A stretch of 50,092 nucleotides of DNA from Ilumatobacteraceae bacterium (GTDB lineage Bacteria; Actinomycetota; Acidimicrobiia; Acidimicrobiales; Ilumatobacteraceae), in the NCBI GenBank assembly GCA_031404635.1, contig JANNHY010000119.1, forward strand, positions 1 through 50,092, written 5' to 3'. A program made the position numbers and the translations under genes. Within the stretch, counting starts at the first letter, position 1, and each line of letters opens with the position of its first letter. Shown here one piece after another: positions 7,805-16,643 of the stretch. The notes beneath the pieces were generated by a model. It had not been told where the DNA came from. It did no database searches and saw only the letters and a list, made by a program, of their open reading frames with translations.

Positions 7805-10387
7805 TCAGTCGTCGGCGGCAAACTTGGCGCGCATCGGCAACGACGTGCGCCACAGGCCGTCGTAGTCGTGTAGCGCCGCGGCGACCGCTGGCGCGGTGGG
7901 CACGAGCCCGATCTCACCGACACCCTTGATCCCATACGGCGACTTCGGTTGCGGCACCTCGACCAGATGCACCTCGATGGGCGGCACGTCCTTGGCGCGC
8001 AGAATGCCGAGTGAACGCAGCGTCATGTTGGTCGGGAATCCGGTCGCCGGATCCGACGGGAAATCTTCGGTGAGCGCGTAGCCGAGGCCCATGTGAACGC
8101 TGCCTTCGATCTGCCCCTCGCACAGGATTGGGTTGACCGCCTTGCCGACGTCGTGGACGGCGACGACCCGTTCGACGTCGCCGCTGTCGCGATCGATCAC
8201 GACCATCTGCGTCGCATAGCCGAAGGCGGCGTGAATCGTCGGATTGGGATGATCGGGATCGCCGATTTGCTGCGTCCAATCGACGACGTGCTCGCCCACG
8301 TAGTCGATATCGGGTTGGCATCCGCCTGCCAGCGCCGCGGCGCAGGCGTCGCGAACGGACCCGGCGGCCATCAGCGTGCCGCGCGACCCGGTGGTCTGCC
8401 CGAAGCCGAGGTCGCGGGTGGTGTCGACGATCACCTCGATGCGATTGGGGTCGATGCCGAGTTCCTGGGCGGCCACCTGCAACGCCACGGTGTGCACGCC
8501 CTGGCCCATCTCGGTCCAGCCGTGGCGAACCTCGACCACACCATCGGCTCGGAACCTCACCACGGCGCGGCACAGCTCGTGGAAGCCGTTGCCGAGACCG
8601 GAGTTCTTCAACCCGAGACCGACCCCTACGGCCTTGCCGTCGGCACGAGCCGAGTCGTAGAGCGGCTTGATCGTGTCGAGGCACGCCTCGGCGCCGCCGC
8701 AGCCCTCGTCCATGATCTGGCCGGGTCCCCACACCTCGCCGGGGTGGATGACGTTGCGCTTGCGCATTTCCCAACCGTCGATACCGACCATGTCGGCGAG
8801 GCGGTCGATGACACCCTCCATGGCGAACTGCGCCTGGTTGGCCCCGAAGCCGCGGAACGCGCCGCAGATCGGGTTGTTGGTGCGCACCGCAACCGCGTGC
8901 ACGTCGATGGCCGGCACCCGGTACGGCCCGCCGGCGTGGCCAGCGGCGCGCTCCAAAACTTTCATCCCCACGCTGGCGTAGGCGCCGCTGTCGCCGATGG
9001 CGCGGACGCGCAAGGCGGTGAGGTGACCGTCGGTGTCGCAGCCGGCCCAGTATTCGAGGCGGATCGGGTGACGCTTGGCGTGGATCAGCAGGCTCTCTTC
9101 ACGCGACAGCGTGCACTTCACCGGGCGATCGAGCAGCCATGCGGCGAGCGAGGCGTGAGTCTGATTGCTCATGTCTTCCTTGCCACCGAACGCCCCACCA
9201 TTTGACACCAGCGTCACCGTGATCGCGTCGTTGCCGACGGCGAGCATGCGGGCGATGTCGTCGCGGTCGTCCCACACACCCTGGCCGCCCGAATAGACCT
9301 GCAGATGGCGCACACCGTCGATCATCGACGGCACGGCCAGCGTGCTCTCGGGTTCGAGGAAGGCCTGCTCGACGCGTTGCGTATGGAAGACCTCGTGCAC
9401 CGTATGGGCGGCGGCGGCGAGACCACCGTCGACGTCGCCGCGCGAATACTCGCTGACACTGAGCACGTTGTCGCTGGTGCCCCACACCGCAACGGGCGAG
9501 CCTTCGGTCAACGCGGCGTCGGCATCGGTGACAAGTTGCAGCACGTCGTAGCCCACCTCGACCAACGCCGCGGCGTCGCGCGCCTGCTGGCGGGTCTCGG
9601 CCACCACAATCGCCAGAACGTCGCCGGCGTAACTGGTGCGTCCACCGATCGGGATCATCACCGGCCAGTCCTTGTAGATGATGCCCATCCGCAGTTCACC
9701 GGGGATGTCGGCAGCGGTCAATACGGCGATGACACCCGGCGCGGCCGCCGCCGCTGTGGTGTCGATCGACAAGATGTCGGCGCGGGCGTGGGCGGTGAGG
9801 TGCAAGGCGGCGTGCACCATGGCTGGTACGCGCATGTCGTCGATGTAGTCACGATCGCCGAGGGTCAGTTCGCCGGCTTCATACCTCGCGCCGGACCCGC
9901 CGACCGTAGCTGCCAAAGCCGGCTCGAACTGCTTGCCCTTGGCAACGGCGTCGATGGCTTCGAGGATCTTGACGTATCCCGTGCAGCGGCACAGGTGGGC
10001 GCCAAGATGTCGTGCCATATCAGCGGGCTGCAGGTCGGCACCTTTCTTGTCGATCTGGGCCTTGGCGCGCATGACGATTCCCGGGATGCAGAACCCGCAC
10101 TGCAGGCCTCCGCATGCGGCGAACGCATCGGCAAAGGCCGTGCGCTCCTCTGCGGCGACGCCTTCCAATGTGGTGACCGCCCGGCCGGCAACCTTGGCCA
10201 GCGACACTTGGCAGCTGACCACGGCCTTGCCGTCGAGGTGCACCGTGCAACATCCGCATTGTCCTGACGGCGAACAACCGTCTTTCGGAGACGTCACGTC
10301 GAGTTCCTCACGGAGCGCGGCAAGCAGGTGCGGATGATCGCCGTGAACTGTCACTGGCTTGCCGTTGAGTTGGAATTCGGTGCTCAC
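7805..10387 (-). CDS. molybdopterin-dependent aldehyde oxidoreductase/xanthine dehydrogenase-family protein with fused N-terminal 2x[2Fe-2S] domain (MOP-like, no FAD domain)
   Basis: The N-terminus carries CSPSGQCGCCTV and CGGLQCGFCIPG...CRCTGY cluster motifs. A large Mo-cofactor domain follows (GGAFGGKE, FRGFGANQ, GQGVHT, VGEIG). GTG start at 10387. Confidence 0.85.
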   Translation of the reverse strand: MSTEFQLNGKPVTVHGDHPHLLAALREELDVTSPKDGCSPSGQCGCCTVHLDGKAVVSCQVSLAKVAGRAVTTLEGVAAEERTAFADAFAACGGLQCGFCIPGIVMRAKAQIDKKGADLQPADMARHLGAHLCRCTGYVKILEAIDAVAKGKQFEPALAATVGGSGARYEAGELTLGDRDYIDDMRVPAMVHAALHLTAHARADILSIDTTAAAAAPGVIAVLTAADIPGELRMGIIYKDWPVMIPIGGRTSYAGDVLAIVVAETRQQARDAAALVEVGYDVLQLVTDADAALTEGSPVAVWGTSDNVLSVSEYSRGDVDGGLAAAAHTVHEVFHTQRVEQAFLEPESTLAVPSMIDGVRHLQVYSGGQGVWDDRDDIARMLAVGNDAITVTLVSNGGAFGGKEDMSNQTHASLAAWLLDRPVKCTLSREESLLIHAKRHPIRLEYWAGCDTDGHLTALRVRAIGDSGAYASVGMKVLERAAGHAGGPYRVPAIDVHAVAVRTNNPICGAFRGFGANQAQFAMEGVIDRLADMVGIDGWEMRKRNVIHPGEVWGPGQIMDEGCGGAEACLDTIKPLYDSARADGKAVGVGLGLKNSGLGNGFHELCRAVVRFRADGVVEVRHGWTEMGQGVHTVALQVAAQELGIDPNRIEVIVDTTRDLGFGQTTGSRGTLMAAGSVRDACAAALAGGCQPDIDYVGEHVVDWTQQIGDPDHPNPTIHAAFGYATQMVVIDRDSGDVERVVAVHDVGKAVNPILCEGQIEGSVHMGLGYALTEDFPSDPATGFPTNMTLRSLGILRAKDVPPIEVHLVEVPQPKSPYGIKGVGEIGLVPTAPAVAAALHDYDGLWRTSLPMRAKFAADD

Positions 10388-10394
10388 GTTTTAC

Positions 10395-10404
10395 ATATTG
10401 TCAA
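10395..10404 (-). promoter_or_regulatory. possible extended -10 element (TGaCAATAT) 7 nt upstream of the GTG of the Mo-enzyme gene (leaderless candidate)
   Basis: The minus strand reads ccTTGACAATATGTAAAACGTG. This AT-rich island fills the 13-nt gap and overlaps the TGA of the upstream ATPase gene. Confidence 0.25.
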
Positions 10405-13400
10405 GGTTTGCCCGGAATTGAAACCGGCACGGTCAATCCGCCGACCGAATCGACCGCCACTTGAGCCAGGACGGTCTCACCATCGCTGATCAGCCACACC
10501 AGCCCTGGTCGCGCCGCGATCGGCATCCGCGGCAGCACGGCACCGAGCAGGTCGCCGTCGAGATCGCTCGCTGCAGTGGTGACGATGCCGAGCCGGCTGC
10601 GCCGCACCACACCGGTCCAGTGTCCGTAGCTCTGGCGCAACGAGTCCGGTTTGCCGGTCGCAACGATCATCAGCCCGTGGCGACGCGATGCCGCCAGCGA
10701 GGCGAGCGCACCGCCGACATCGTCGACCAATTCGCCGTCGTCGATGGCAATCAGCACCCGGCCGTCGGGTGGAACGTCGTCTATGATCTCAGCGAGCGAG
10801 CGATAACGGTGCTCGGCATCGAGCGCGGTGCGACGTGGCGCGACGATTCGCCACCAGCCGTTCGGGTAGGCGTCGAGCCATGCCCGCACCATCCGTTGCA
10901 GCGCCGTGCTGCGCCCCGACCGTGGCGGCCCGACGATCAACACGTGCTCGCCGTCGGGCACGTCGACGTTGCAGACCCGGCCGTCGCCGAAGCGCAGGCC
11001 CAGCGGGAGCAACGAGTCGTCACCGCACCCGACCCCGGGCGGAAGACTGCCGGCGTCGACGTTTGCCGGCAGGCACTCGACCGGCGGCGGAATCGTTCCG
11101 TCGACGCAGGCCGGCAGCGGCAACGGGCCGACCATCAACTGGGCCTCGAGGCCACTCGCGGCCACGACGATCCGCCCTTGTCGTGGCCCGGGGACATCGG
11201 CCGCGGCTATCCCCAGCCCAGCAGCATCGAGCGGATCGGTGAGGTGGAAGATCCACCGTTGTGCACAGCGGGCCAACGTGCTCGATGGAATGGCGGCGAC
11301 GCGATCGAACGCACAGACCACGACGACGTCGTGCGCCGCACCGAGAGCGATGATCATGTCGACCATCTCGAATTCGGCGGCGGTTTCGAGATCGTCGAGC
11401 GCGCTGCGTACTGCGTCGAGCCCGTCGACCAGGACGACAATCGGGTACCGCGGCACGGTCGGATCGGCGATCCGCTGACCGACCTCGTCGGCCAACCGGT
11501 TGATCAACCTGATCAAGCGCTCACGTTCGTGCAGGCGCACGAGACCCCCACATCGCGGCGAGCGTTCGAACGTGGCCAGAGCCTGATCGCCGCGACCGTC
11601 GATCACATACAAATGACACCCGCTGCCGTCGGTCGCGGCAACTGTGCCGAGCAGCATCAGCGTCGACGTCACCCCGCTGCCCGTGGCGCCGACAAGCAGC
11701 AGATGGCCCTCGGCGCGGTTCCATCGCAGCGGCAACACGCGTTGCCCGTCGGGATCGTCGACCAGGCCGACGATCCCCTGGGCGACCAGTGCTTCGTCCG
11801 CCGGAAGGTGTGCGGGAAGAGGAGCCGGCCAAGGCGAATCCGGCGGTCGAGCACCGACCAATACCGCTGCATCACGAACCGCACCGACCAGCAGATCGAG
11901 TTCGCTGCCGCCTTGCCCCAACGGCGTCGTGCACCGCGCCGTCTGGAACGTGAGCAACTCGTCGGGGCCGAGTCGCATCACGGCACGACCGGCCAGACCG
12001 CGCGGGATCGCTGCCGGCGCACTGTCGCCAACGACGTCGATGGCGTCGGCGCTGTCGTGCAACCGCAGGGAGACTCTCAGGTTGGTGTTGGCCCGGATGT
12101 CGTCGCTGATCACACCGCTCGGGCGTTGGGTGGCCAGGATCAGGTGCACCCCGAGGCTGCGGCCGCGCTGGGCGATCCCGACAAGGGCGTGCAAAAAGTC
12201 GGGCTGCTCGCTGACCAAAGCGGCAAACTCATCGATCACCACCACCAGGCGGGGCAGCAACTCGTTAGGGGCCAGGCGACGGTAGGAAGCAAGGTCGGCG
12301 GCGCCGGCTGCGCGCAACAGTTGTTCACGGCGGCGCAACTCGGCGTGCAGACAGCGCAATGCGCGGTTGGCGAGATGTTGGTCGAGATCGGTCACGACGC
12401 CAACCACGTGCGGTAGCTGGGCGCAGGCGTCGAACGTCGAGCCACCCTTGTAGTCGATGAGAACGAACGTGAGTTGGTCGGGACTCGATGCAGCCGCTAA
12501 TCCTACGACCAGGCTGCGCAGCAGTTCGCTCTTGCCGGCACCGGTGGTTCCGGCCATCAGCGCGTGGGGGCCGTCGCGGTCGAGATCGACATCGACCACG
12601 CCATCGCCGGCGACACCGATCACGGTGCGCGGTGGCGGGTCGACGCCGCCGGCTACCCACGAGGCCGCAATCGCTGCCGGTTCGTGCGACAGCAACAACG
12701 ACAGCATGGTGACGTCGTGTGGGATGCTGCCTGCGGCGCCCAGTGGATCCTCGGGATCGAGCAACCCGCTCAAACAGCCGGCCAACCTCGCCGCGCTCCG
12801 CTCGCTGATCCCGAAGCAGCGGGCCTGAACCGGCAACGATGCAATCGCTGCGTCGGCGTGCCACCTGGCCTTCATCGGACCGCACAGATCGAGCAGGGAC
12901 GAACACACATGCGGAATCCCGCCGTCGGCGTCGATCAGAACGATCAGGGCTACTGAGCGACCAGATGTGACCACCCGGCGCAACGAGCTTGTACGCGCCG
13001 CCAACAGCTCCGGTGCGTCGGTGATCATCACGAGATGGGGGTGTGGTGCGACGTCGGATTCGGCTACGGCCTCGAGCAGCTCGGCCTCGGTGACCACGGC
13101 GTCAAGACCCGACGTCGTTGTGGCGTGTGGCAATCGCTCCAGCCACCGCCACCGCGCCGGTTGGTGGGTGACCACGACGAAGCGCACGTCGGCCGGCCCG
13201 CAGTTGGCGGCGAGTTGCATCACGATCGAGCGGGTCGCCGCGCGTGCCCGATCGGCGTCGCCGCGTACCCCCAGTCGGCATGCCGCGCCGATATCGGCCA
13301 CCACGGGCAGGTCGGGGAGCATCGACATCGTGGCGAGGCTCGCCGCCGCCCGGTTCACACCTGAGCCGTCGTCGAGTCGAGGAGCCCAGGCGACCCTCCC

Positions 13401-14231
13401 CAATCCGATCGACACGGCGAAGCCGTCGGGGTGCGTTCCCCGGCGAGCCCACAACTCGCTCGTGCGCCTCTCGATCGCCGACCTGGCCGACACCGGCGTC
13501 GAGACGCTTGCCAACTGATGGGCCACAAACCCGGCACGCTGCGCTTCGACTGCACGTTCGAATTCGGCGGTGCCGCCGCGTCGAGACCGCTCGTCGCGCC
13601 GCCGGCGGCGGAACAGGGTGATTCGCTGACCACCCCATGTTGCGAACGCCACGATGGCGCCTATCGCACCGAACAGCAGAAACATCGGTTGGTGCAAGAG
13701 TGCGGCCACGAGGCCAGATCCAGCGAGGGCGAGGACCGCCGGAAGGACGCCGCCGCTGGTCTCGCCTCGGGCCGGTCGCTCGGTGGGCGGGCTCACTGGA
13801 TCGGGATTCCACGCCACGGCGGCTCGTGGGCAGCGCACCACCACACTTCCCTTGAGCGTCGCGGTGATGTTGGCAGATTCTCCGATGCTGGCCCTATCTG
13901 GCCCCTGACCAGGTGCTGTGAGATCTCGTCGACGGGCTGTGAGGATGCTGTGGCCGATCTCGAGTTGAGCCTCGGCGACGATCAGCCTCGAATCGGCGAT
14001 CGCTTCACCATCGACCCGCACCGGCACGCGCCCGGTCAACTGACGCATTGTGGCGCCGTCGGGCGAGATTTCGATCAGCAGGTGATGGGGCTCGAGCGCA
14101 CCATCATCGCATCGCAGCGCCGCACCGGGGGCTCGGCCGACGACGTGGGTGCCGCATCCGAGCACCACCATCCCACCGGCGTCGGGGCCTGCCACCCAGA
14201 CGAGTGTCCAACTGTCTGTGCTGTCTGTCAT
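10401..14231 (-). CDS. FHA domain-containing FtsK/SpoIIIE-family triple P-loop ATPase (EssC/EccC-like, type VII secretion-type architecture)
   Basis: Start taken at the ATG at 14231 (MTDSTDSWTLVWVAGPDAGG...). There is an FHA-like N-terminus, then two hydrophobic helices (VLPAVLALAGSGLVAALL / MFLLFGAIGAIVAFATW). D1 has GTTGAGKS, VVVIDEFAAL and LILATQRPS. D2 has GATGSGVT and D3 has GPPRSGRS. Confidence 0.85.
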   Translation of the reverse strand: MTDSTDSWTLVWVAGPDAGGMVVLGCGTHVVGRAPGAALRCDDGALEPHHLLIEISPDGATMRQLTGRVPVRVDGEAIADSRLIVAEAQLEIGHSILTARRRDLTAPGQGPDRASIGESANITATLKGSVVVRCPRAAVAWNPDPVSPPTERPARGETSGGVLPAVLALAGSGLVAALLHQPMFLLFGAIGAIVAFATWGGQRITLFRRRRRDERSRRGGTAEFERAVEAQRAGFVAHQLASVSTPVSARSAIERRTSELWARRGTHPDGFAVSIGLGRVAWAPRLDDGSGVNRAAASLATMSMLPDLPVVADIGAACRLGVRGDADRARAATRSIVMQLAANCGPADVRFVVVTHQPARWRWLERLPHATTTSGLDAVVTEAELLEAVAESDVAPHPHLVMITDAPELLAARTSSLRRVVTSGRSVALIVLIDADGGIPHVCSSLLDLCGPMKARWHADAAIASLPVQARCFGISERSAARLAGCLSGLLDPEDPLGAAGSIPHDVTMLSLLLSHEPAAIAASWVAGGVDPPPRTVIGVAGDGVVDVDLDRDGPHALMAGTTGAGKSELLRSLVVGLAAASSPDQLTFVLIDYKGGSTFDACAQLPHVVGVVTDLDQHLANRALRCLHAELRRREQLLRAAGAADLASYRRLAPNELLPRLVVVIDEFAALVSEQPDFLHALVGIAQRGRSLGVHLILATQRPSGVISDDIRANTNLRVSLRLHDSADAIDVVGDSAPAAIPRGLAGRAVMRLGPDELLTFQTARCTTPLGQGGSELDLLVGAVRDAAVLVGARPPDSPWPAPLPAHLPADEALVAQGIVGLVDDPDGQRVLPLRWNRAEGHLLLVGATGSGVTSTLMLLGTVAATDGSGCHLYVIDGRGDQALATFERSPRCGGLVRLHERERLIRLINRLADEVGQRIADPTVPRYPIVVLVDGLDAVRSALDDLETAAEFEMVDMIIALGAAHDVVVVCAFDRVAAIPSSTLARCAQRWIFHLTDPLDAAGLGIAAADVPGPRQGRIVVAASGLEAQLMVGPLPLPACVDGTIPPPVECLPANVDAGSLPPGVGCGDDSLLPLGLRFGDGRVCNVDVPDGEHVLIVGPPRSGRSTALQRMVRAWLDAYPNGWWRIVAPRRTALDAEHRYRSLAEIIDDVPPDGRVLIAIDDGELVDDVGGALASLAASRRHGLMIVATGKPDSLRQSYGHWTGVVRRSRLGIVTTAASDLDGDLLGAVLPRMPIAARPGLVWLISDGETVLAQVAVDSVGGLTVPVSIPGKP

Positions 14232-14302
14232 CACCCAAATGAGGCACAGCGACCGCCCACAGGCGGAAGATCGCCGGGCGGTCACGGTAGGGGATCTGTC
14301 CG

Positions 14303-14335
14303 GGTGAGACCATCGGTGAAGGCAGCGGTGAGACC
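14303..14335 (+). promoter_or_regulatory. three phased direct repeats GGTGA (two extended to GGTGAGACC) at 12-bp spacing in the divergent intergenic region
   Basis: GGTGAGACC at 14303 and 14327, and GGTGA at 14315. The site is 32 nt upstream of the ATG at 14367 and between the two divergent starts (14231 and 14367). Confidence 0.35.
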
Positions 14336-14366
14336 GGCGATGAGAGGCGAGGCGCACGCTTTGGTC

Positions 14367-15092
14367 ATGACGACACTTCCCAACCACAGGTACGTGCTCA
14401 CCCGGCTACAGCACGAATGGAACCTGCTCAGTTGTCGACGTTCCGCCGTGCGGCGTGCCACCGCCTGGAAGCTGACGCCACGAGTGCTCGGTTCTCTCGA
14501 CGAGCTGCTCGCGCTGACCGGCCTTGGTGCGGCACCCGCGGATGCGTCGAGCGACGAGACGATGCGCCGGCTGGTCGCTTTGGCCCGTCACGACGATCTC
14601 GCCGCGCGGGTGGTGTTGCAGCGCATGCTTCCCGGTCTCAGCGCCTGTGCCAGGCGCAACTCGGCGAGCTTCGACGCCCGGCTCGATGCGCTCGACGAGC
14701 TGCTCTCCGAGGCCTGGGGGGTGATCCGCTCGTTCCCGATCGAGCACCGCGACCGCTACGTCATCAAGAACCTGCTGCGCGACTGCGAGTACCGGGCCTT
14801 CCTCAAGGCTCGACGGCGGATGCTGATCCACGAACTCACCGATCCCGCCCATCTCGATCTGGCGATCGAACCCGACGATTCCGTGGGCGAGCCGCTGGCC
14901 ACCATCGTCGATCTGCTCTGCCGGGCGCGGGCGGCCGGAATGAGCGACGCCGACGTCGCTGTGGTGACAACGTTGTTGAACACCTCAACGGTCCAGCAGG
15001 CCGCTGCCGCGTTGCGAGTGACGGAGCGGACCGTGCGCAACCGGCGCCAGGTCGCCGTGCGCCAATTACGGGCGTTGGCCGACGTGGCCTGA
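14367..15092 (+). CDS. ECF-like sigma-70 family / HTH DNA-binding protein
   Basis: Start at the ATG at 14367 (MTTLPNHRY...). A region-2-like segment (DDLAARVVLQRMLPGLSACARR...LLSEAWGVIRSF...NLLRDCEYRAFLKARRR) is followed by a region-4-like HTH (STVQQAAAALRVTERTVRNRRQVAVRQLR). The upstream 312 codons of the track ORF are antisense to the ATPase gene. Confidence 0.55.
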   Translation: MTTLPNHRYVLTRLQHEWNLLSCRRSAVRRATAWKLTPRVLGSLDELLALTGLGAAPADASSDETMRRLVALARHDDLAARVVLQRMLPGLSACARRNSASFDARLDALDELLSEAWGVIRSFPIEHRDRYVIKNLLRDCEYRAFLKARRRMLIHELTDPAHLDLAIEPDDSVGEPLATIVDLLCRARAAGMSDADVAVVTTLLNTSTVQQAAAALRVTERTVRNRRQVAVRQLRALADVA

Positions 15093-15154
15093 CACCTACC
15101 CGGTTTCGCCGACCAACGACTCCAGATGGGCTGCGGCGTGACTGAAGTCGTGGA

Positions 15155-15931
15155 TCAGGGGCGGTCGGTGAACGTCGCCTTGCGCTTTTCGAGGAAAGCG
15201 GCGATGCCCTCTTGGGCGTCGTGGGTGGTGGCCGAGTGCGACATCACCTCGACGGCGTAGACATAGGCGTCGGTCTGACCGAGTTCGGTCTGGGCGTAGT
15301 AGCCACGCTTGCCTGCGGCCTTCGAGGCGACGCTGCCACGTGTGGCCCGAGACAACAGGTCGTGCACCGCGCTGTCGAGCTGATCGTCGGGCACGGCGTA
15401 GTTGATCAAGCCCCACGACACCGCCGTCGCCGCGTCGATCGGGTCACCGGTGAGGGCCATCTCGAGGGCCCGTTTGCGGCCGACGTTGCGCGCCACGGCG
15501 ACCAACGGCGTGTGGCAGAACAGCCCACCCTTTCCGCCCGGGATCGCGAACGCCGCACTGTCGGCGGCAATCGCCAGGTCGCACGTTGCCACCAGTTGGC
15601 ATCCCGCTGCGGTGGCCAGGGCGTGGACCTTGGCGATGACAGGCTGCGGGATCGATTGGATCGTGTTCATCATCTCGGTGCACACGTCGAACAGATGGCT
15701 GGCCTGTTCGATGTCGGCGCCGGCCATGTCGGCGAAGTTGTGACCCGCCGAGAACACCGGGCCGTTGGCGGCGAGAATCACCCCGATGGCGGCGCTCGAC
15801 CCAACCGCACGGAAGGCCTCGGTGAGTTCGAGCATCACATCGAGGGCCAGGGCATTGCGCTTCTCTGGTCGGTTGAGGGTAATGGTGGCAAACGGCCCGT
15901 CGCAGTCGAGGATCACATGGTGGTACGTCAC
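15155..15931 (-). CDS. enoyl-CoA hydratase/isomerase (crotonase) family protein
   Basis: Translation reads ATITLNRPEKRNAL...VFSAGHNFADM...GGKGGLF, the crotonase fold motifs. GTG start. Confidence 0.9.
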   Translation of the reverse strand: MTYHHVILDCDGPFATITLNRPEKRNALALDVMLELTEAFRAVGSSAAIGVILAANGPVFSAGHNFADMAGADIEQASHLFDVCTEMMNTIQSIPQPVIAKVHALATAAGCQLVATCDLAIAADSAAFAIPGGKGGLFCHTPLVAVARNVGRKRALEMALTGDPIDAATAVSWGLINYAVPDDQLDSAVHDLLSRATRGSVASKAAGKRGYYAQTELGQTDAYVYAVEVMSHSATTHDAQEGIAAFLEKRKATFTDRP

Positions 15932-16020
15932 CGAGCCAGTGTGCCACGAACTCGCAGCTGGTCGCTGCGGCTACCCACGGCGGCAAGGATTCAACCGAGG
16001 GCTGATCGGCGAAGTCCGGG

Positions 16021-16049
16021 TTGGCAACTTATATCCATTTGGATATGCT
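16021..16049 (+). promoter_or_regulatory. sigma-70-like promoter (TTGGCA-17 nt-TATGCT) with embedded palindromic operator ATATCCA-tt-TGGATAT
   Basis: -35 at 16021-16026 and -10 at 16044-16049. A perfect 7-bp inverted repeat at 16031-16046 sits in the spacer. This is a locally AT-rich patch, followed by the AGGAGG SD at 16056 and the ATG at 16068. Confidence 0.5.
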
Positions 16050-16067
16050 CACCCTAGGAGGTGGACC

Positions 16068-16643
16068 ATGACCGTTGCAGCTCGACTCCTTCGACACGCC
16101 CGACACAGCACACTGCTCAGCCAGTCCGCGCTCGCGGCCAAGGTCGGCTTTCGGCAATCGAACGTCTCCCGCCTCGAATCGGAACGACGCGATGTGAACG
16201 TCGACACCCTCGATCGCTTGTTGCGAGCGACCGGGTTTCGCCTCGCCGCGCTCCCGACACAGAGCGCAGCGGTCGCCGAAGCCGCAGACTCCACGGCTCG
16301 CTTTGTCGCCGCCGACAACGAGGAGGGTGCTTATCGAGCCGTCATCCAATTGGCAGACGACCTTGCTCGCGAACATGGTGCAGAGCGAGTCGCGTTGACG
16401 GTCGCGCCCCCGCCGCCCACGGGCGATGAGCGCTTCGATGCATTCATCGCCGGCGTAGTCGATTTTCGACTGGCAGACGAGAATCTGCCTCGCCCGAAGT
16501 GGCTGACCGACAGCCCTCGCCTCGCCTCGCCGTGGTTCGTTGACCGTTGGTCGATCGGCAACCCGAGCGTCATCGAGGCCACACCGCCCCAACTGCGAAC
16601 TCGTGGAGTGATTATCGACGCTGCAGAACTGGCCAGCGTATGA
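16068..16643 (+). CDS. XRE-family HTH transcriptional regulator (putative antitoxin) with uncharacterised C-terminal domain
   Basis: Strong SD (ctAGGAGGtgg) 6 nt before the ATG. The N-terminal HTH is LLSQSALAAKVGFRQSNVSRLESERRDVNVDTLDRLL. The stop overlaps the start of the next gene (ATGA). Confidence 0.85.
   Translation: MTVAARLLRHARHSTLLSQSALAAKVGFRQSNVSRLESERRDVNVDTLDRLLRATGFRLAALPTQSAAVAEAADSTARFVAADNEEGAYRAVIQLADDLAREHGAERVALTVAPPPPTGDERFDAFIAGVVDFRLADENLPRPKWLTDSPRLASPWFVDRWSIGNPSVIEATPPQLRTRGVIIDAAELASV

Noticed and set aside
10461-12416. 651-aa plus-strand ORF (plus nested ORFs at 10835-11478 and 11644-12285) opposite the FtsK/EssC-like gene
   Set aside because: It is antisense to a CDS with unambiguous P-loop/FtsK motifs. 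The translation is Arg/Pro/Gly/Ala-rich low-complexity with no recognisable motif. This is the usual long-shadow ORF artefact of high-GC DNA.
13431-14366. 5' extension of the sigma-like ORF (the track gives 553 aa from 13431)
   Set aside because: The extension is antisense to the FHA and TM region of the ATPase gene and reads as Arg/Gly/Pro-rich filler. Recognisable sequence begins at the ATG at 14367.
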